This document shows, in pieces, positions 48,828-59,086 of a stretch of 64,000 nt of DNA. The stretch is from positions 7,666-71,665 of the forward strand of contig CAKZYJ010000469.1 of the NCBI GenBank assembly GCA_937884755.1. Reading direction: 5' to 3'. The position numbers and the translations under genes are program-made. This DNA comes from an uncultured Flammeovirgaceae bacterium (lineage in GTDB: Bacteria; Bacteroidota; Bacteroidia; Cytophagales; Cyclobacteriaceae). The notes under the pieces are model-generated. The model did no database searches. It saw only the letters and a program-made list of their open reading frames with translations, and had not been told where the DNA came from. The first letter of the stretch is position 1, and every line of letters begins with the position of its first letter.

Positions 48828-51293
48828 ATGAATAAATGTTTATTCCTTAGCCTGACGTTACTCACGGCTACCCACATCTTACTTGCTCAGGATTCTATTT
48901 CGGATAAAACCGAAAAAATGGAAAAGCTCGATGGTTACTTCCCGCTTTACTGGGATGCTGACGAAGGCAAGATTTATCTGGAGGTGGACAAACTGGATAC
49001 TGAGTTTCTCTATTATACCACCTTAGCTTCCGGCGCGGGATCTAACGACATAGGGCTAGACCGGGGCCGGTTGGGCCGCCCGCAAGTAGTGGAGTTTCGG
49101 CGCATTGGTAACAAAGTACTGCTGGTAGAGCCTAACCAGTACTACCGGGCCGTATCCGACGATGAAAATGAACAACGGGCCGTATCCGAATCCTTCGCCG
49201 AATCGGTAATCTATGGATTCACCGTTACGGCCGAAGAAGATGAACGAGTACTAATTGACTTAACTGAGTTTGTTCTGAGTGATGTTTACGGTATTAGCGA
49301 TATGATTAAGCGTACTAGGCAAGGCTCCTTTAGTGTAGATAAAACTCGCTCGGCAGTATATTTGCCCCGCACCAAAAATTTCCCAAAGAATACCGAGATT
49401 GAAACCACGCTTACCTTTACCGCGAAAGACGCAGGCAGCTACCTACGGGCGGTATCACCTGACAATAAAGCAGTTACTGTTCGACAGCACCATTCCTTCG
49501 TAGAACTTCCCGACGACGGTTACGAGCCTCGGGCTTTTGATCCTCGTTCGGGCTATATATCGGTGCAGTACATGGACTACGCCACTCCGGTAGACCAGCC
49601 CATCACCCAGCGACTCATTCGCCGCCACCGCCTAAAGAAGCAAGATCCTACTGCTGAGATGAGTGAAGCAGTAGAACCCATCGTGTACTACATGGACCCC
49701 GGAGCGCCCGAGCCCATTCGCTCGGCCCTAATAGACGGGATGCGCTGGTGGAATCAGGCCTACGAAGCGGCCGGTTACCGCAATGCCTTTCAGGTAGAGT
49801 TACTTCCCGAAGATGCCGACCCCATGGACATTCGCTACAACCTGGTACAGTGGGTGCACCGTTCTACCCGGGGCTGGTCCTACGGCGGCAGCATCTACGA
49901 TCCACGCACCGGCGAGATCATCAAGGGAAAAGTAACGCTGGGCTCACTACGAATACGGCAGGATTTCCTGATCGCTTCCGGCTTAGTAGCTGAGTACGAA
50001 AAAGGCGAGCCGGTGTCGGATGCAATGATGGAGATGGCCTTGCAGCGTTTACGGCAATTGGCCGCCCACGAGGTAGGGCATACGTTGGGGCTAGTGCATA
50101 ATTACTCTTCGTCGGTGAACAACCGGGCCTCGGTAATGGATTACCCCCACCCCAAGGTTGACATCCGGAGCGGAAAACTGGATTTATCGGATGCCTACGA
50201 CGACGGTATTGGCGAGTGGGATAAGCTGGCGATTACCTACGGTTACCAGGATTTTCCCGAAGGCACCAATGAGAAAGAAGCACTAGACGAGTTACTGCAA
50301 GAGTCTATCGAGGATGGTTTGCTGTTTATCTCCGATCGTGATGCCCGAGCCGTTAGTGGCGCGCACCCCGAAGCCCACCTCTGGGATAATGGTGCCGACG
50401 CGGTAGATGAACTAAAGCACGTGATGGGAGTCCGCAAGATTGCGCTGGAGAATCTCTCGGAGAAGAAAATTCCTTTCGGCCAACCGGTCGCTACGCTGGA
50501 AGAAGTGTTAGTGCCCATGTACCTGTTTCACCGCTATCAGGTGGAGGCCGCATCCAAGATTGTCGGAGGACTGAATTATACTTACGCGGTGCGGGGCGAT
50601 GGACAACAGCCCATGCAAGTTGTAGATGGCCGTAAGCAGCGGGAAGCCATTGACGCCCTGCTCGCCACCCTCACTCCTAATGCTTTAGCCATTCCCGAAG
50701 ACGTACTGAACCAGCTACCACCCTACCCGCTAGGATTTTACGAGAACGAACGGGAAATATTCAAGTCGCGTACCGGTCTTACTTTTGATCCGATTGCCGC
50801 GGCCGAATCGGCGGCGGATTTTACGCTGGGCTTGCTGATGAACCATGAGCGAGCTACCCGTATGATTGACTACGCCTCCCGCGAGAGCGGCGTTCCTAGC
50901 TTTGCCGATCTTACCAACGAGATTATACAGAAGAGCTTTGATGCCTCCTACCGCCCACAAGGCTACGAAGGCGAACTGCAACGGCTGGTAGAGCGGCTGG
51001 TACTCAACCACCTGATTCAGCTCGCCAGTAACGAAAAAGCTTCCGGGCAAGCCCGGGCGATGGCCACCCTGCGAGTAAATGATGTAAAGCAGTTGCTCAA
51101 TGGTCAGACGGATTTGTCGGATGTGGCGGAACAGGCCCACCAGGCGTTTCTATTACGGCAGATCACCCAGTTTGAGAATAATCCCGAAGATATGTCGCTA
51201 CCCGATCCACTTAGCCCTCCCGATGGCTCCCCCATCGGCCAGAGCGGCCCCGACTATCTGGTAAATCATCGTTGGTGTAACGGTATTCATTAA
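48828..51293 (+). CDS. zinc-dependent metalloprotease (DUF5117/DUF4953, EcxA-like)
   Basis: Metzincin motif HEVGHTLGLVHN, Met-turn SVMDYP, and an N-terminal signal. Confidence 0.9.
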   Translation: MNKCLFLSLTLLTATHILLAQDSISDKTEKMEKLDGYFPLYWDADEGKIYLEVDKLDTEFLYYTTLASGAGSNDIGLDRGRLGRPQVVEFRRIGNKVLLVEPNQYYRAVSDDENEQRAVSESFAESVIYGFTVTAEEDERVLIDLTEFVLSDVYGISDMIKRTRQGSFSVDKTRSAVYLPRTKNFPKNTEIETTLTFTAKDAGSYLRAVSPDNKAVTVRQHHSFVELPDDGYEPRAFDPRSGYISVQYMDYATPVDQPITQRLIRRHRLKKQDPTAEMSEAVEPIVYYMDPGAPEPIRSALIDGMRWWNQAYEAAGYRNAFQVELLPEDADPMDIRYNLVQWVHRSTRGWSYGGSIYDPRTGEIIKGKVTLGSLRIRQDFLIASGLVAEYEKGEPVSDAMMEMALQRLRQLAAHEVGHTLGLVHNYSSSVNNRASVMDYPHPKVDIRSGKLDLSDAYDDGIGEWDKLAITYGYQDFPEGTNEKEALDELLQESIEDGLLFISDRDARAVSGAHPEAHLWDNGADAVDELKHVMGVRKIALENLSEKKIPFGQPVATLEEVLVPMYLFHRYQVEAASKIVGGLNYTYAVRGDGQQPMQVVDGRKQREAIDALLATLTPNALAIPEDVLNQLPPYPLGFYENEREIFKSRTGLTFDPIAAAESAADFTLGLLMNHERATRMIDYASRESGVPSFADLTNEIIQKSFDASYRPQGYEGELQRLVERLVLNHLIQLASNEKASGQARAMATLRVNDVKQLLNGQTDLSDVAEQAHQAFLLRQITQFENNPEDMSLPDPLSPPDGSPIGQSGPDYLVNHRWCNGIH

Positions 51294-51508
51294 AGTAAAC
51301 TTTGGATTCTATACAAAGCCCTTTTCGCTATTTAGGGGAAGATTTGCTGTCTGAGCGTAGCGAGTTTCAAATGTTCCTAGATTTTTTGCTTATTTTTCAT
51401 CAATGGAAAAAGTAAGAGCCACCCGGCTTGAGGGCGAGGATCAGAAAGTCTGACACTTATATTCTGCAATTGATGTCACTAATCCAGAATACACTTCAAT
51501 CACTTCCG

Positions 51509-53908
51509 ATGCGCCTTTTACTACTCATCCTATTCTTCTTACCCTTACTGCTGTGGGGGCAGGAGCGTGAAACGCTAAACATTGATGGACTGCAAGACTC
51601 CGTGCAGGTGTACCGCGATCCCTGGGGAATTAACCATATCTACGCCCAGAACGAGCACGACCTGTTTTTCGCGCAAGGATTTTGTGCCGCTCGAGATCGG
51701 CTATTTCAGTTAGAAGTATGGCGGCGGCAGGCTACCGGTACCGTAGCCGAACTGCTGGGCGAACGCGAACTAAAGCGAGACATCGGCACCCGACTGTTTC
51801 AGTTTCGGGGTGATATTCGTAGGGAGATGCAGCATTACCACCCGCAGGGGGCAGACATTATTACCGCTTTTGTGGCTGGGGTAAATGCTTACATCAGGGA
51901 AACCGAGAAAAATGTCGAACTGCTACCCCTGGAGTTTGAGTTGCTGGGCACCAAGCCGGGCTACTGGACACCAGAAGTGGTCATCTCCCGCCACCAGGGT
52001 CTTTTAGGGAATATCAGCAGGGAGCTGAACTACGGACGAGCCGTGGCTCTGGCCGGACCGGAAAAAGTAAATCAGTGGATGAACTTTCACCCCGGCGAGC
52101 CCGAAATAGCATTAGATTCTGCCCTTAATCCTGAACAGCTAATGGCCGATATTCTGGAGCTATACAATGCTTACCGACAATCCGTGAAATTTCAGCCAGA
52201 GGATATTGTGATCGATAATCGACGGGCGGATGCCAGTACCTTCGCAAGATACGCTCGGCTGGCGCAGCAGAATCAAGCCGCCGAAGAGCGGGAGCAGGCT
52301 AACATTGGCAGCAACAACTGGGTGGTGAGCGGAGAGCATACCCAAAGCGGATTCCCCATGATGGCGAACGACCCCCACCGTCGGCAAGCCGTTCCTTCGC
52401 TGCGGTACTGGGCGCATCTGGTAGCTCCCGGCTGGAATGTGATTGGCGGGGGCGAGCCGGAGATTCCCGGCATCTCTATTGGCCACAACGAACACGGGGC
52501 CTGGGGACTCACCGTTTTCTCTACCGACGGCGAAGACCTGTACGTCTACGATACCCATCCGGATAATCTCAAAGAGTACCGCTACCAGAACCGTTGGGAA
52601 ACCATGTACGTCATCCGAGATACCATTCCGGTGAAGGGACGGTCACCGCACGTAGCCGATATGAAGTACACCCGACACGGGCCGGTGGTGTACGAAGAAA
52701 CTGTAAACCATAAGGCTTACGCGGTGTGCTGCGCCTGGTTAGAGATTGGTGGCTCGCCCTACCTGGCGAGTTTGCGGATGGATCAGGCTAAAACCTGGGA
52801 AGAGTTTCGGGAGGCTTGCAGCTACAGCCATATTCCGGGGGAGAATATGGTGTGGGCTGACCGGGCGGGAAATATCGGCTGGCAGGCGGTGGGTATTGCT
52901 CCCATCCGGCGTAATTGGAGTGGGCTGGTGCCAGTACCCGGCGATGGCCGCTACGAATGGGATGGCTACTTACCCATCAAGGCCAAACCTCACCTGTACA
53001 ATCCTCCCGATGGCATTATTGTGACGGCGAACGCCAACCTGACGGCTGAAGATTTTCCCTACCGCGAAGCGATTGGCTACGAGTGGGCACCGCCTTTCCG
53101 TACCGACCGGATTTTGGAAGTACTTGGTACCGGTAAGCAGCATTCACTGATGGATATGGCCCAATTACAAACCGATTATCTCTCTTTGCCCGCTCGCAAC
53201 CTAGTACCCTTGCTGAAGCATATTTCCTTGGATGATACCCGGTTGGAAAACGCCTGGCAGCAACTACTTGACTGGGATTATCGGTTGGAAGCTAATTCGG
53301 TAGCGGCAGCTATTTATGTAGCCTGGGAAGAACAACTGCACACTCACTTGTACGAGAAAACTATACCGAAAGCCGTGCAGCCCTACATCCGTAGTCTGCC
53401 GATAGTCAACGTAGTCAACTGGCTGGTAGTGCCCCCTCCCGACTGGGGCGAGAACCCGGTAGCCGCCCGGGACGAACTACTAGTCTCGGCTTTGGAGAGT
53501 GCCCTAGCCGATTTAAGCAACCGATTGGGAAAGAATATGGCCCGGTGGCAGTACGGGCAGGCGGATAACAAGCATATTGTCTTTCAGCACCCGCTCAGCC
53601 CGGCGGTAGATGCCACTACTCGCACTACGTTAGAAGTAGGCCCACTGCCGCGGGGTGGAAATGGCTATACGGTAAGCAGCACCGGCAATAACCTAAATCA
53701 GTCGACGGGCGCATCCTTCCGCATTATTACCGATACCGGTAACTGGGAACACTCGCTGGGCGCTAATGCTCCGGGGCAGTCGGGTGACCCGGATAGTCCA
53801 TACTACCGCAACCTGGCCGAACCCTGGGCGGCCGATACTTACTTCCCGGTCTACTACGCGGAAGAGAATGTCAAACAAGCTGCCCAGGAAATACTAATTC
53901 TCCATTAG
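51509..53908 (+). CDS. penicillin acylase family (S45, Ntn hydrolase)
   Basis: Motifs RDPWGINHIYA, GF..ARDRLFQL, GSNNWVV, ANDPH and PGQSGDP.SPYY. Likely start is MRLLL at 51509. Confidence 0.92.
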   Translation: MRLLLLILFFLPLLLWGQERETLNIDGLQDSVQVYRDPWGINHIYAQNEHDLFFAQGFCAARDRLFQLEVWRRQATGTVAELLGERELKRDIGTRLFQFRGDIRREMQHYHPQGADIITAFVAGVNAYIRETEKNVELLPLEFELLGTKPGYWTPEVVISRHQGLLGNISRELNYGRAVALAGPEKVNQWMNFHPGEPEIALDSALNPEQLMADILELYNAYRQSVKFQPEDIVIDNRRADASTFARYARLAQQNQAAEEREQANIGSNNWVVSGEHTQSGFPMMANDPHRRQAVPSLRYWAHLVAPGWNVIGGGEPEIPGISIGHNEHGAWGLTVFSTDGEDLYVYDTHPDNLKEYRYQNRWETMYVIRDTIPVKGRSPHVADMKYTRHGPVVYEETVNHKAYAVCCAWLEIGGSPYLASLRMDQAKTWEEFREACSYSHIPGENMVWADRAGNIGWQAVGIAPIRRNWSGLVPVPGDGRYEWDGYLPIKAKPHLYNPPDGIIVTANANLTAEDFPYREAIGYEWAPPFRTDRILEVLGTGKQHSLMDMAQLQTDYLSLPARNLVPLLKHISLDDTRLENAWQQLLDWDYRLEANSVAAAIYVAWEEQLHTHLYEKTIPKAVQPYIRSLPIVNVVNWLVVPPPDWGENPVAARDELLVSALESALADLSNRLGKNMARWQYGQADNKHIVFQHPLSPAVDATTRTTLEVGPLPRGGNGYTVSSTGNNLNQSTGASFRIITDTGNWEHSLGANAPGQSGDPDSPYYRNLAEPWAADTYFPVYYAEENVKQAAQEILILH

Positions 53909-54022
53909 CCAAGAAAAGTTTTCCCAGCAATGAACAGATTTATCGCCCAGACCGCGAAACATTTAGCTATATTTCAGGCTGCATTAAGGTTGTACTATCG
54001 AATTTCCCCTAACTGAAGGCTG

Positions 54023-56185
54023 GTGAATAGCCCCCGCTTCTACTACTTACTACTAATCTTGCTGATACATTGCCTCCCCGCAATTTCCCAGTCCGAGGTA
54101 CGGCCTAGCATGGCGGCTTTTCCGGTAAGTGGTGCCATTGAGTTAGACGGATTACTGAACGAACCCGATTGGGCTCAGGCTCCGGTGGTTGATCAGCTTC
54201 GCACTACTGTGCCGGTAGAGGGTGGCGTACCCTCGGGACGAACTACCGTGCGGGTTCTAACGCACCCCCGCTTTCTGCTGATTGGTATTGAATGCTTCGA
54301 CGATTCGCCCGAGCAGATTGTAAACTTCTCCAAGCTGCGAGATTCTGATCTGGAAAACGAAGACCATGTCCGGATAGTAATTGACCCCTTTCTCGACGGA
54401 CAATCGGGACTAATTTTCGCCGTGAATGCCAGCGGGGCCCGCTACGACGCGCTGGTTTCTAACCGGGGCGAATCGGAGAATAGCGATTGGGATGCCATAT
54501 GGGAAGCCCGAACCCAGATCACTGCTTCTGGCTGGACCGTAGAGATACGTATACCTATTCAGAGTTTTTCCTTTAACAAGAACCTGCGGGAGGGGGGCTT
54601 TAACGTTGAGCGGCGCATTCAGCGTAACCAGGAGACCATTCGCTGGGCGAATATTCGTCGCGACCAGTGGTTTATCCAGACCAGCCGGGCGGGGTTGCTG
54701 ACCAACCTGCCGGAATTTAACTACGGAGTGGGTTTAAACGTGCGCCCCTCGCTTATTGAGGATGTGACCCGGCAGGGAGAAGCTGACTACCAATTTGCTT
54801 TTGATCCGAGCCTGGACATCAGCCAGCGCATTGGCTCCAACGTGGTAGCTACCGCCACTCTTAATACCGACTTTGCCGAAACCGAAGTAGACACCCGCCA
54901 GACCAACCTAACCCGCTTTCCGCTCTTCTTCCCTGAAAAGCGAGCCTTCTTTCTGGAGGGGGCCGATATCTTTGAGTTTGGCTTCGGGCTGGGTGGTAAT
55001 ATTATCCCGTTCTTCAGCCGTCGTATTGGGCTGTACCAGGGCAATGAGGTGCCGATTCTAGCCGGTGGAAAATTGAACGGACGCCTGGGGAAAACCGCCT
55101 TCGGAGGGCTAGCTATGCGAACCCGTAGCGTGACCGTTAACGATACGGACCTACCGGCCTCTACCATGGGCGTAGTTCGGATGCGGCGAAATGTGATGAG
55201 AGAATCGTCCGTAGGATTTATCGGAACCTTCGGCGACCCCGAGAGCCGAGGCAGCAGCTACACGGCGGGAGTAGATTACACTTTTCAGACCACCCGTTTC
55301 AACGGAAACAAGAATTTTCTGGTAGGCGTATCGGGCATATACGCCGACCGCCCCGATCTGTCGGGCGACCAGACGGCTTTTTCACTAAAGGTTGATTACC
55401 CCAACGACATTTGGGATGTAGCGCTAACCTACCTGCGCATTGGCGATGCCTTTGATCCCTCGCTGGGGTTTGTGCCTCGCCGGGGTATTAACAGTTGGCG
55501 GGCCGGCATGACCTACGCCCCCCGCCCCTCCTGGAAGTGGCTGCGGCAGATGCGTAATCAGTTGTTTCTGTTTTACATCACCGACCTGAAGGGTACCTGG
55601 GAATCGTACCGCATATTTACCGCCCCCCTTAACTGGCGGCTGGAAAGCGGCGACCGGGTGGAGGCCAACTACATGCCCCGGGGCGAACGGCTGGTAGAAC
55701 CCTTCCAGATTGCCGAGGGGGTGGTGATTCCGGAGGGGGAGTATCATTTTACCCGCTACCGCCTGGAAGCCGAACTGGCGGCTAAGCGCAAGCTTAACGG
55801 GCAGCTTACCTGGTGGTTTGGCAGCTTTTACGGCGGCCGGCTCGACGAACTGGAGGCCACCCTGAACTTAAACCCTTCCAGTATCCTGAATTTTGAGTTT
55901 ATCGGTACCCACAATATTGGACGGCTGCCCTACGGCAACTTTGATCAGACGCTGATGGGTTTCCGGGTACGGTTTAATGCCTCGCCCGACTTACAGCTTA
56001 ACAGCTTTATTCAGTACGATACCGATACCCGCAGCCTGGGCGTGAACGCCCGTATCCATTGGATCTACCACCCGCAGGGCGACATCTTTCTGGTATTTAA
56101 CCACAATACCTACGACGGAATGGAACGCTGGGAGCCCATTAGCCAACAGGTGCTACTGAAAGTAAGGTATAACTTCCGGCTTTAA
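54023..56185 (+). CDS. CBM9-like + DUF5916 outer-membrane protein
   Basis: Motifs IELDG.LNEPDW, IEIRIP, NTDFAETEVD...NLTRFPLFFPEKR.FF.EG and FFSRRIG. Confidence 0.85.
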   Translation: MNSPRFYYLLLILLIHCLPAISQSEVRPSMAAFPVSGAIELDGLLNEPDWAQAPVVDQLRTTVPVEGGVPSGRTTVRVLTHPRFLLIGIECFDDSPEQIVNFSKLRDSDLENEDHVRIVIDPFLDGQSGLIFAVNASGARYDALVSNRGESENSDWDAIWEARTQITASGWTVEIRIPIQSFSFNKNLREGGFNVERRIQRNQETIRWANIRRDQWFIQTSRAGLLTNLPEFNYGVGLNVRPSLIEDVTRQGEADYQFAFDPSLDISQRIGSNVVATATLNTDFAETEVDTRQTNLTRFPLFFPEKRAFFLEGADIFEFGFGLGGNIIPFFSRRIGLYQGNEVPILAGGKLNGRLGKTAFGGLAMRTRSVTVNDTDLPASTMGVVRMRRNVMRESSVGFIGTFGDPESRGSSYTAGVDYTFQTTRFNGNKNFLVGVSGIYADRPDLSGDQTAFSLKVDYPNDIWDVALTYLRIGDAFDPSLGFVPRRGINSWRAGMTYAPRPSWKWLRQMRNQLFLFYITDLKGTWESYRIFTAPLNWRLESGDRVEANYMPRGERLVEPFQIAEGVVIPEGEYHFTRYRLEAELAAKRKLNGQLTWWFGSFYGGRLDELEATLNLNPSSILNFEFIGTHNIGRLPYGNFDQTLMGFRVRFNASPDLQLNSFIQYDTDTRSLGVNARIHWIYHPQGDIFLVFNHNTYDGMERWEPISQQVLLKVRYNFRL

Positions 56186-56543
56186 TAGCCGATGGGATAA
56201 GTAGCCAGCCATTTTTATTAAAACGAGCTACTTTAGAAATACCGGGCATAGCTGTGTATTATCCACCTGAGTATCTGTGCCGTGCTTCCTACTGCGCGGG
56301 ATAAACTTGTCCGATTCACCGCTCCTGCTGAGCTATTTCCGTTCGCCACCAGGCTTCTCGTTCCAGACTTTCACTTTAGGAGCGCTCTTCTCCTGGAATA
56401 CCTTTGTGAGGGTTAGGCAGTTTTGCTACTTTAAGTATTATTTAAGCTGAAAACACACCCTCACTAGCGGTACGTTGACAGTAATCAGCACTCTGGGGAA
56501 AGCCGAAAACCAATTTAGAGTAGGCGACTAATTAATATTAGAA

Positions 56544-57302
56544 ATGAGCGAGCAATTTAAAAAGATGACCGAAAAGCAGTGTGAGAACCCACCGGCCAAG
56601 TACGATGATTTAAGCGTACTATTTCTGAATTGTACATTAAACCGAACCCCGGTTCTATCGCACACCGAAGGTTTGATTAAAGTAGCCCAGAGGGTCTTTG
56701 AGTCGGTAGGAGCCTCGACAAAAATCATCAGACCCGTAGATTATGATCTGGCGGCCGGTTTAGGACTCGATATGTCTGAGACCCCCGAATGGGAAAAAGA
56801 TGATTGGCCGATTATTCAAAAAGAGGTAGATGCCTGTGATATTCTAATTCTCTGCACATCGGTATGGCTGGGGGAAAAATCCTCGGTCTGTAACCGAACG
56901 CTCGAGAGAATGTACGGCTACACCCATCAGTTCAATGCGAAAGGACAATACCGAGACTACGGCAAGGTGGGCGCCACTTTGATTACGGGAAATGAAGATG
57001 GTGTAAAGCATTGTGCCATGAACATACTGTTTTCTCTTTCTCACATTGGTTACACAGTGCCCCCCCAGGCAGACGCCGGCTGGATGGGTGAGGCCGGTCC
57101 CGGTCCATCGTACATGGATGCCGGGTCGGGCGGGCCCGAAAATGATTTTACCAACAGGAATACCACTTTCTTAGTATGGAACTGCCTGCATCTGGCCCGA
57201 ATGCTGAAGGACAATGGCGGAGTTCCTGCCTACGGAAACCAACCCGATGAGTGGCAAGCCGGATGTCAAACCGGATTTGACAGTCCGGAACATAAAAGAT
57301 AA
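56544..57302 (+). CDS. flavodoxin-like NAD(P)H-dependent FMN reductase family protein
   Basis: Motifs NCTL...P..SHT, DILIL.TSVWLG.KSS, GKVG..LITGNEDG and PPQADAGW.GE.GPGPSY. Confidence 0.85.
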   Translation: MSEQFKKMTEKQCENPPAKYDDLSVLFLNCTLNRTPVLSHTEGLIKVAQRVFESVGASTKIIRPVDYDLAAGLGLDMSETPEWEKDDWPIIQKEVDACDILILCTSVWLGEKSSVCNRTLERMYGYTHQFNAKGQYRDYGKVGATLITGNEDGVKHCAMNILFSLSHIGYTVPPQADAGWMGEAGPGPSYMDAGSGGPENDFTNRNTTFLVWNCLHLARMLKDNGGVPAYGNQPDEWQAGCQTGFDSPEHKR

Positions 57303-57575
57303 ACTACCTGTAGCCCTGGCTAGGCCGGGGACATAAGGTTACAAGCGAAACGGAAAACCCGATAAAAAACTGGTCGGCTACTGGCCTAACCGGCAAAGTA
57401 CGCTCAGTTGACTAGAGTTAAGGGTGACCAGGGCTCGAAAATTGTGGGCGCAATAGGATGAAAACGGCTCCTATGTTGCCAGCAGGCACACCACTGAGCC
57501 AAAGAAGCCTTTTTGCGCCAATCCTGTCTTACAACCACCTTGGGTACCAGAACCGGCTCTGGCTAACCCCCAGCA

Positions 57576-58202
57576 CTAGGAAGGCACGATAATATCCAGC
57601 GCCTCCAGTTGTTGCGGATGCTCGCGCAGGGCCAGTTTGGCCACGGTGTAGAAGGTCTTCATCCAGTCTTTTAGCTCGGCCATAGCCGCCTTACGCATCT
57701 GGGTGAGATCTTGCACTTGCGCCTGGGTTCGGCGTTGCAGCGCCTCCAGCTCCATCACCTGCTGAATCAGCTTATTGGTTTCGTTGAGTTCCTTCTGGGG
57801 TACGTGGTACTTTTCCATCAGGGCCACCGGAATATTAGCGTAGAACTTCTTTACCTGCGCCAGCAAATCGGGAACGGTTTTGCTGCGAGACTGCACCAGC
57901 GAGAGCGTATCGGTATAATCGGCCTCCCGCTTGTAGGCCAGTCGGGCCGTATCCAGATGCATCTGAAAGACGGTAATTAGCTGCTGGCGAGCAGTTTGTA
58001 GCGTTTGCGATGCCGTTTTAGCTTCCAGATCGGCTAAGTACTGCTGTTGCTTCAACTGCTCCAGGTTATCGTACTGCTTCAGTCCGGCTTGCAGCTTCTT
58101 TTCGTCGTAGCCAAACGCCTGAAGAAGGGCTAGTATTTCGGGAGAGTTGAGGGCGTTGGTTAACGCTACGTATACCTGCTTAATAAAACTGTTTTGCTTC
58201 AT
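57576..58202 (-). CDS. all-helical hypothetical protein of a Bacteroidota-typical family
   Basis: Coherent 208-aa ORF: NA...PEI...L..FGYD...L..G, ending WM..F...AK.AL...PQ.LE.L.I. Confidence 0.7.
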   Translation of the reverse strand: MKQNSFIKQVYVALTNALNSPEILALLQAFGYDEKKLQAGLKQYDNLEQLKQQQYLADLEAKTASQTLQTARQQLITVFQMHLDTARLAYKREADYTDTLSLVQSRSKTVPDLLAQVKKFYANIPVALMEKYHVPQKELNETNKLIQQVMELEALQRRTQAQVQDLTQMRKAAMAELKDWMKTFYTVAKLALREHPQQLEALDIIVPS

Positions 58203-58396
58203 GGTGCAATTAGTAAGAATAGTGGAAGGGCGAAAATACGCGCTTGGCTTAGGAAAAAATAACCCAGGTAAATCAGATTAGTACGTAGGTAAGCTATCAA
58301 AAACTATCCATCCAATTTGACCAGTAGATGGCCTAGGCGAGGAAAAACCGACCGGTTGGCTCCGGTAGCAGCACGTAAGAAAAAAGGCGGTACACT

Positions 58397-58575
58397 CATC
58401 TCCCGACGGGAGATGACCATTTCGAGTTCGACACCCCTAAATTCCGTCGGGAGATGGCCATTTCAGTGTCGAGATACCCCAAATACCGCCGGGAGATAAG
58501 TATTTTAGTTTTGAAATGCCCAAATACCGTTGGAATCTGAGCCTATCAGTTTTGATATAACGCAAAATCTGTTGG
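58397..58575. repeat. degenerate tandem repeat, about 41-42 bp period, 4-5 copies
   Basis: GGGAGAT at 58408, 58449 and 58491; AAATACCG at 58481 and 58522; decaying copy at about 58564. Confidence 0.65.
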
Positions 58576-58684
58576 TTTTTGCTCATGCTTCCTCGAGAAT
58601 CCTCACTGAACCTTATCTCTAGGAGAGAATGAAAGCAGTATAGTCGGATCTTTATTAAAAACATAGCAAAATTTGATGAGATAC

Positions 58685-58776
58685 CTCATCGCGAACGAAT
58701 GTGAAGCGATCTCCTAATTAGTAACTATAATGCTTCAATGGAGGAGACTGCTTCGTCATGCTTCCTCGCAGTGACG
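58685..58776. repeat. REP-like palindromic element (GTCA(T/C)TGCGA...GCA(A/G)TGAC type)
   Basis: GAAGCGATCTCC (58703-58714) pairs with GGAGACTGCTTC (58743-58754); outer arms are CTCATCGCGA and TCGCAGTGAC. Confidence 0.65.
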
Positions 58777-59018
58777 GCTAGTTTGATTATCTTCGTGTTT
58801 AGTTCAAAGACTTAATTGGTTAGAAGATGGCCGCCCCAAAACTTATTATACGTTTAATTCTACGGATATTTTTCACATTCCTATCGCCATATAGTATATT
58901 GAGCTGCCAATAAAATAATAGCCTTGAATAACAAGGCGAAATAGCTTTAAGATAAGTAATTAGCAGAATATCTACTATCAAACATCACCTATTGTCAATC
59001 AAATACAACCAATTTACA

Positions 59019-59066
59019 TACGGCAAATAAACGCACCGGTGCGTTTGTCCAGTTGTTGGCTGTAAT
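59019..59066. repeat. attC-like site with an internal perfect palindrome
   Basis: TACGGCAAAT, then the 18-bp palindrome AAACGCACCGGTGCGTTT, then the core GTTGTTGGCTGTAATG. Confidence 0.5.
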
Positions 59067-59086
59067 GCTAAACTTAATAATATTGA

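Noticed and set aside
51509-53908. Antibiotic-resistance gene
   Set aside because: S45 acylases are common peptidases/AHL acylases, and nothing in the context indicates resistance.
56186-56543. Gene remnant or ncRNA in the 360-bp gap
   Set aside because: The frames I translated by eye gave no recognisable protein, and I could support no stable structure.
58397-58575. CRISPR array
   Set aside because: The units are degenerate along their whole length, with no constant repeat plus unique spacer structure, and there are no cas genes.
58437-58664. 75-aa minus-strand ORF as a real gene
   Set aside because: It only reads through the tandem repeat, has no recognisable domain, and the repeat frame breaks immediately after it.
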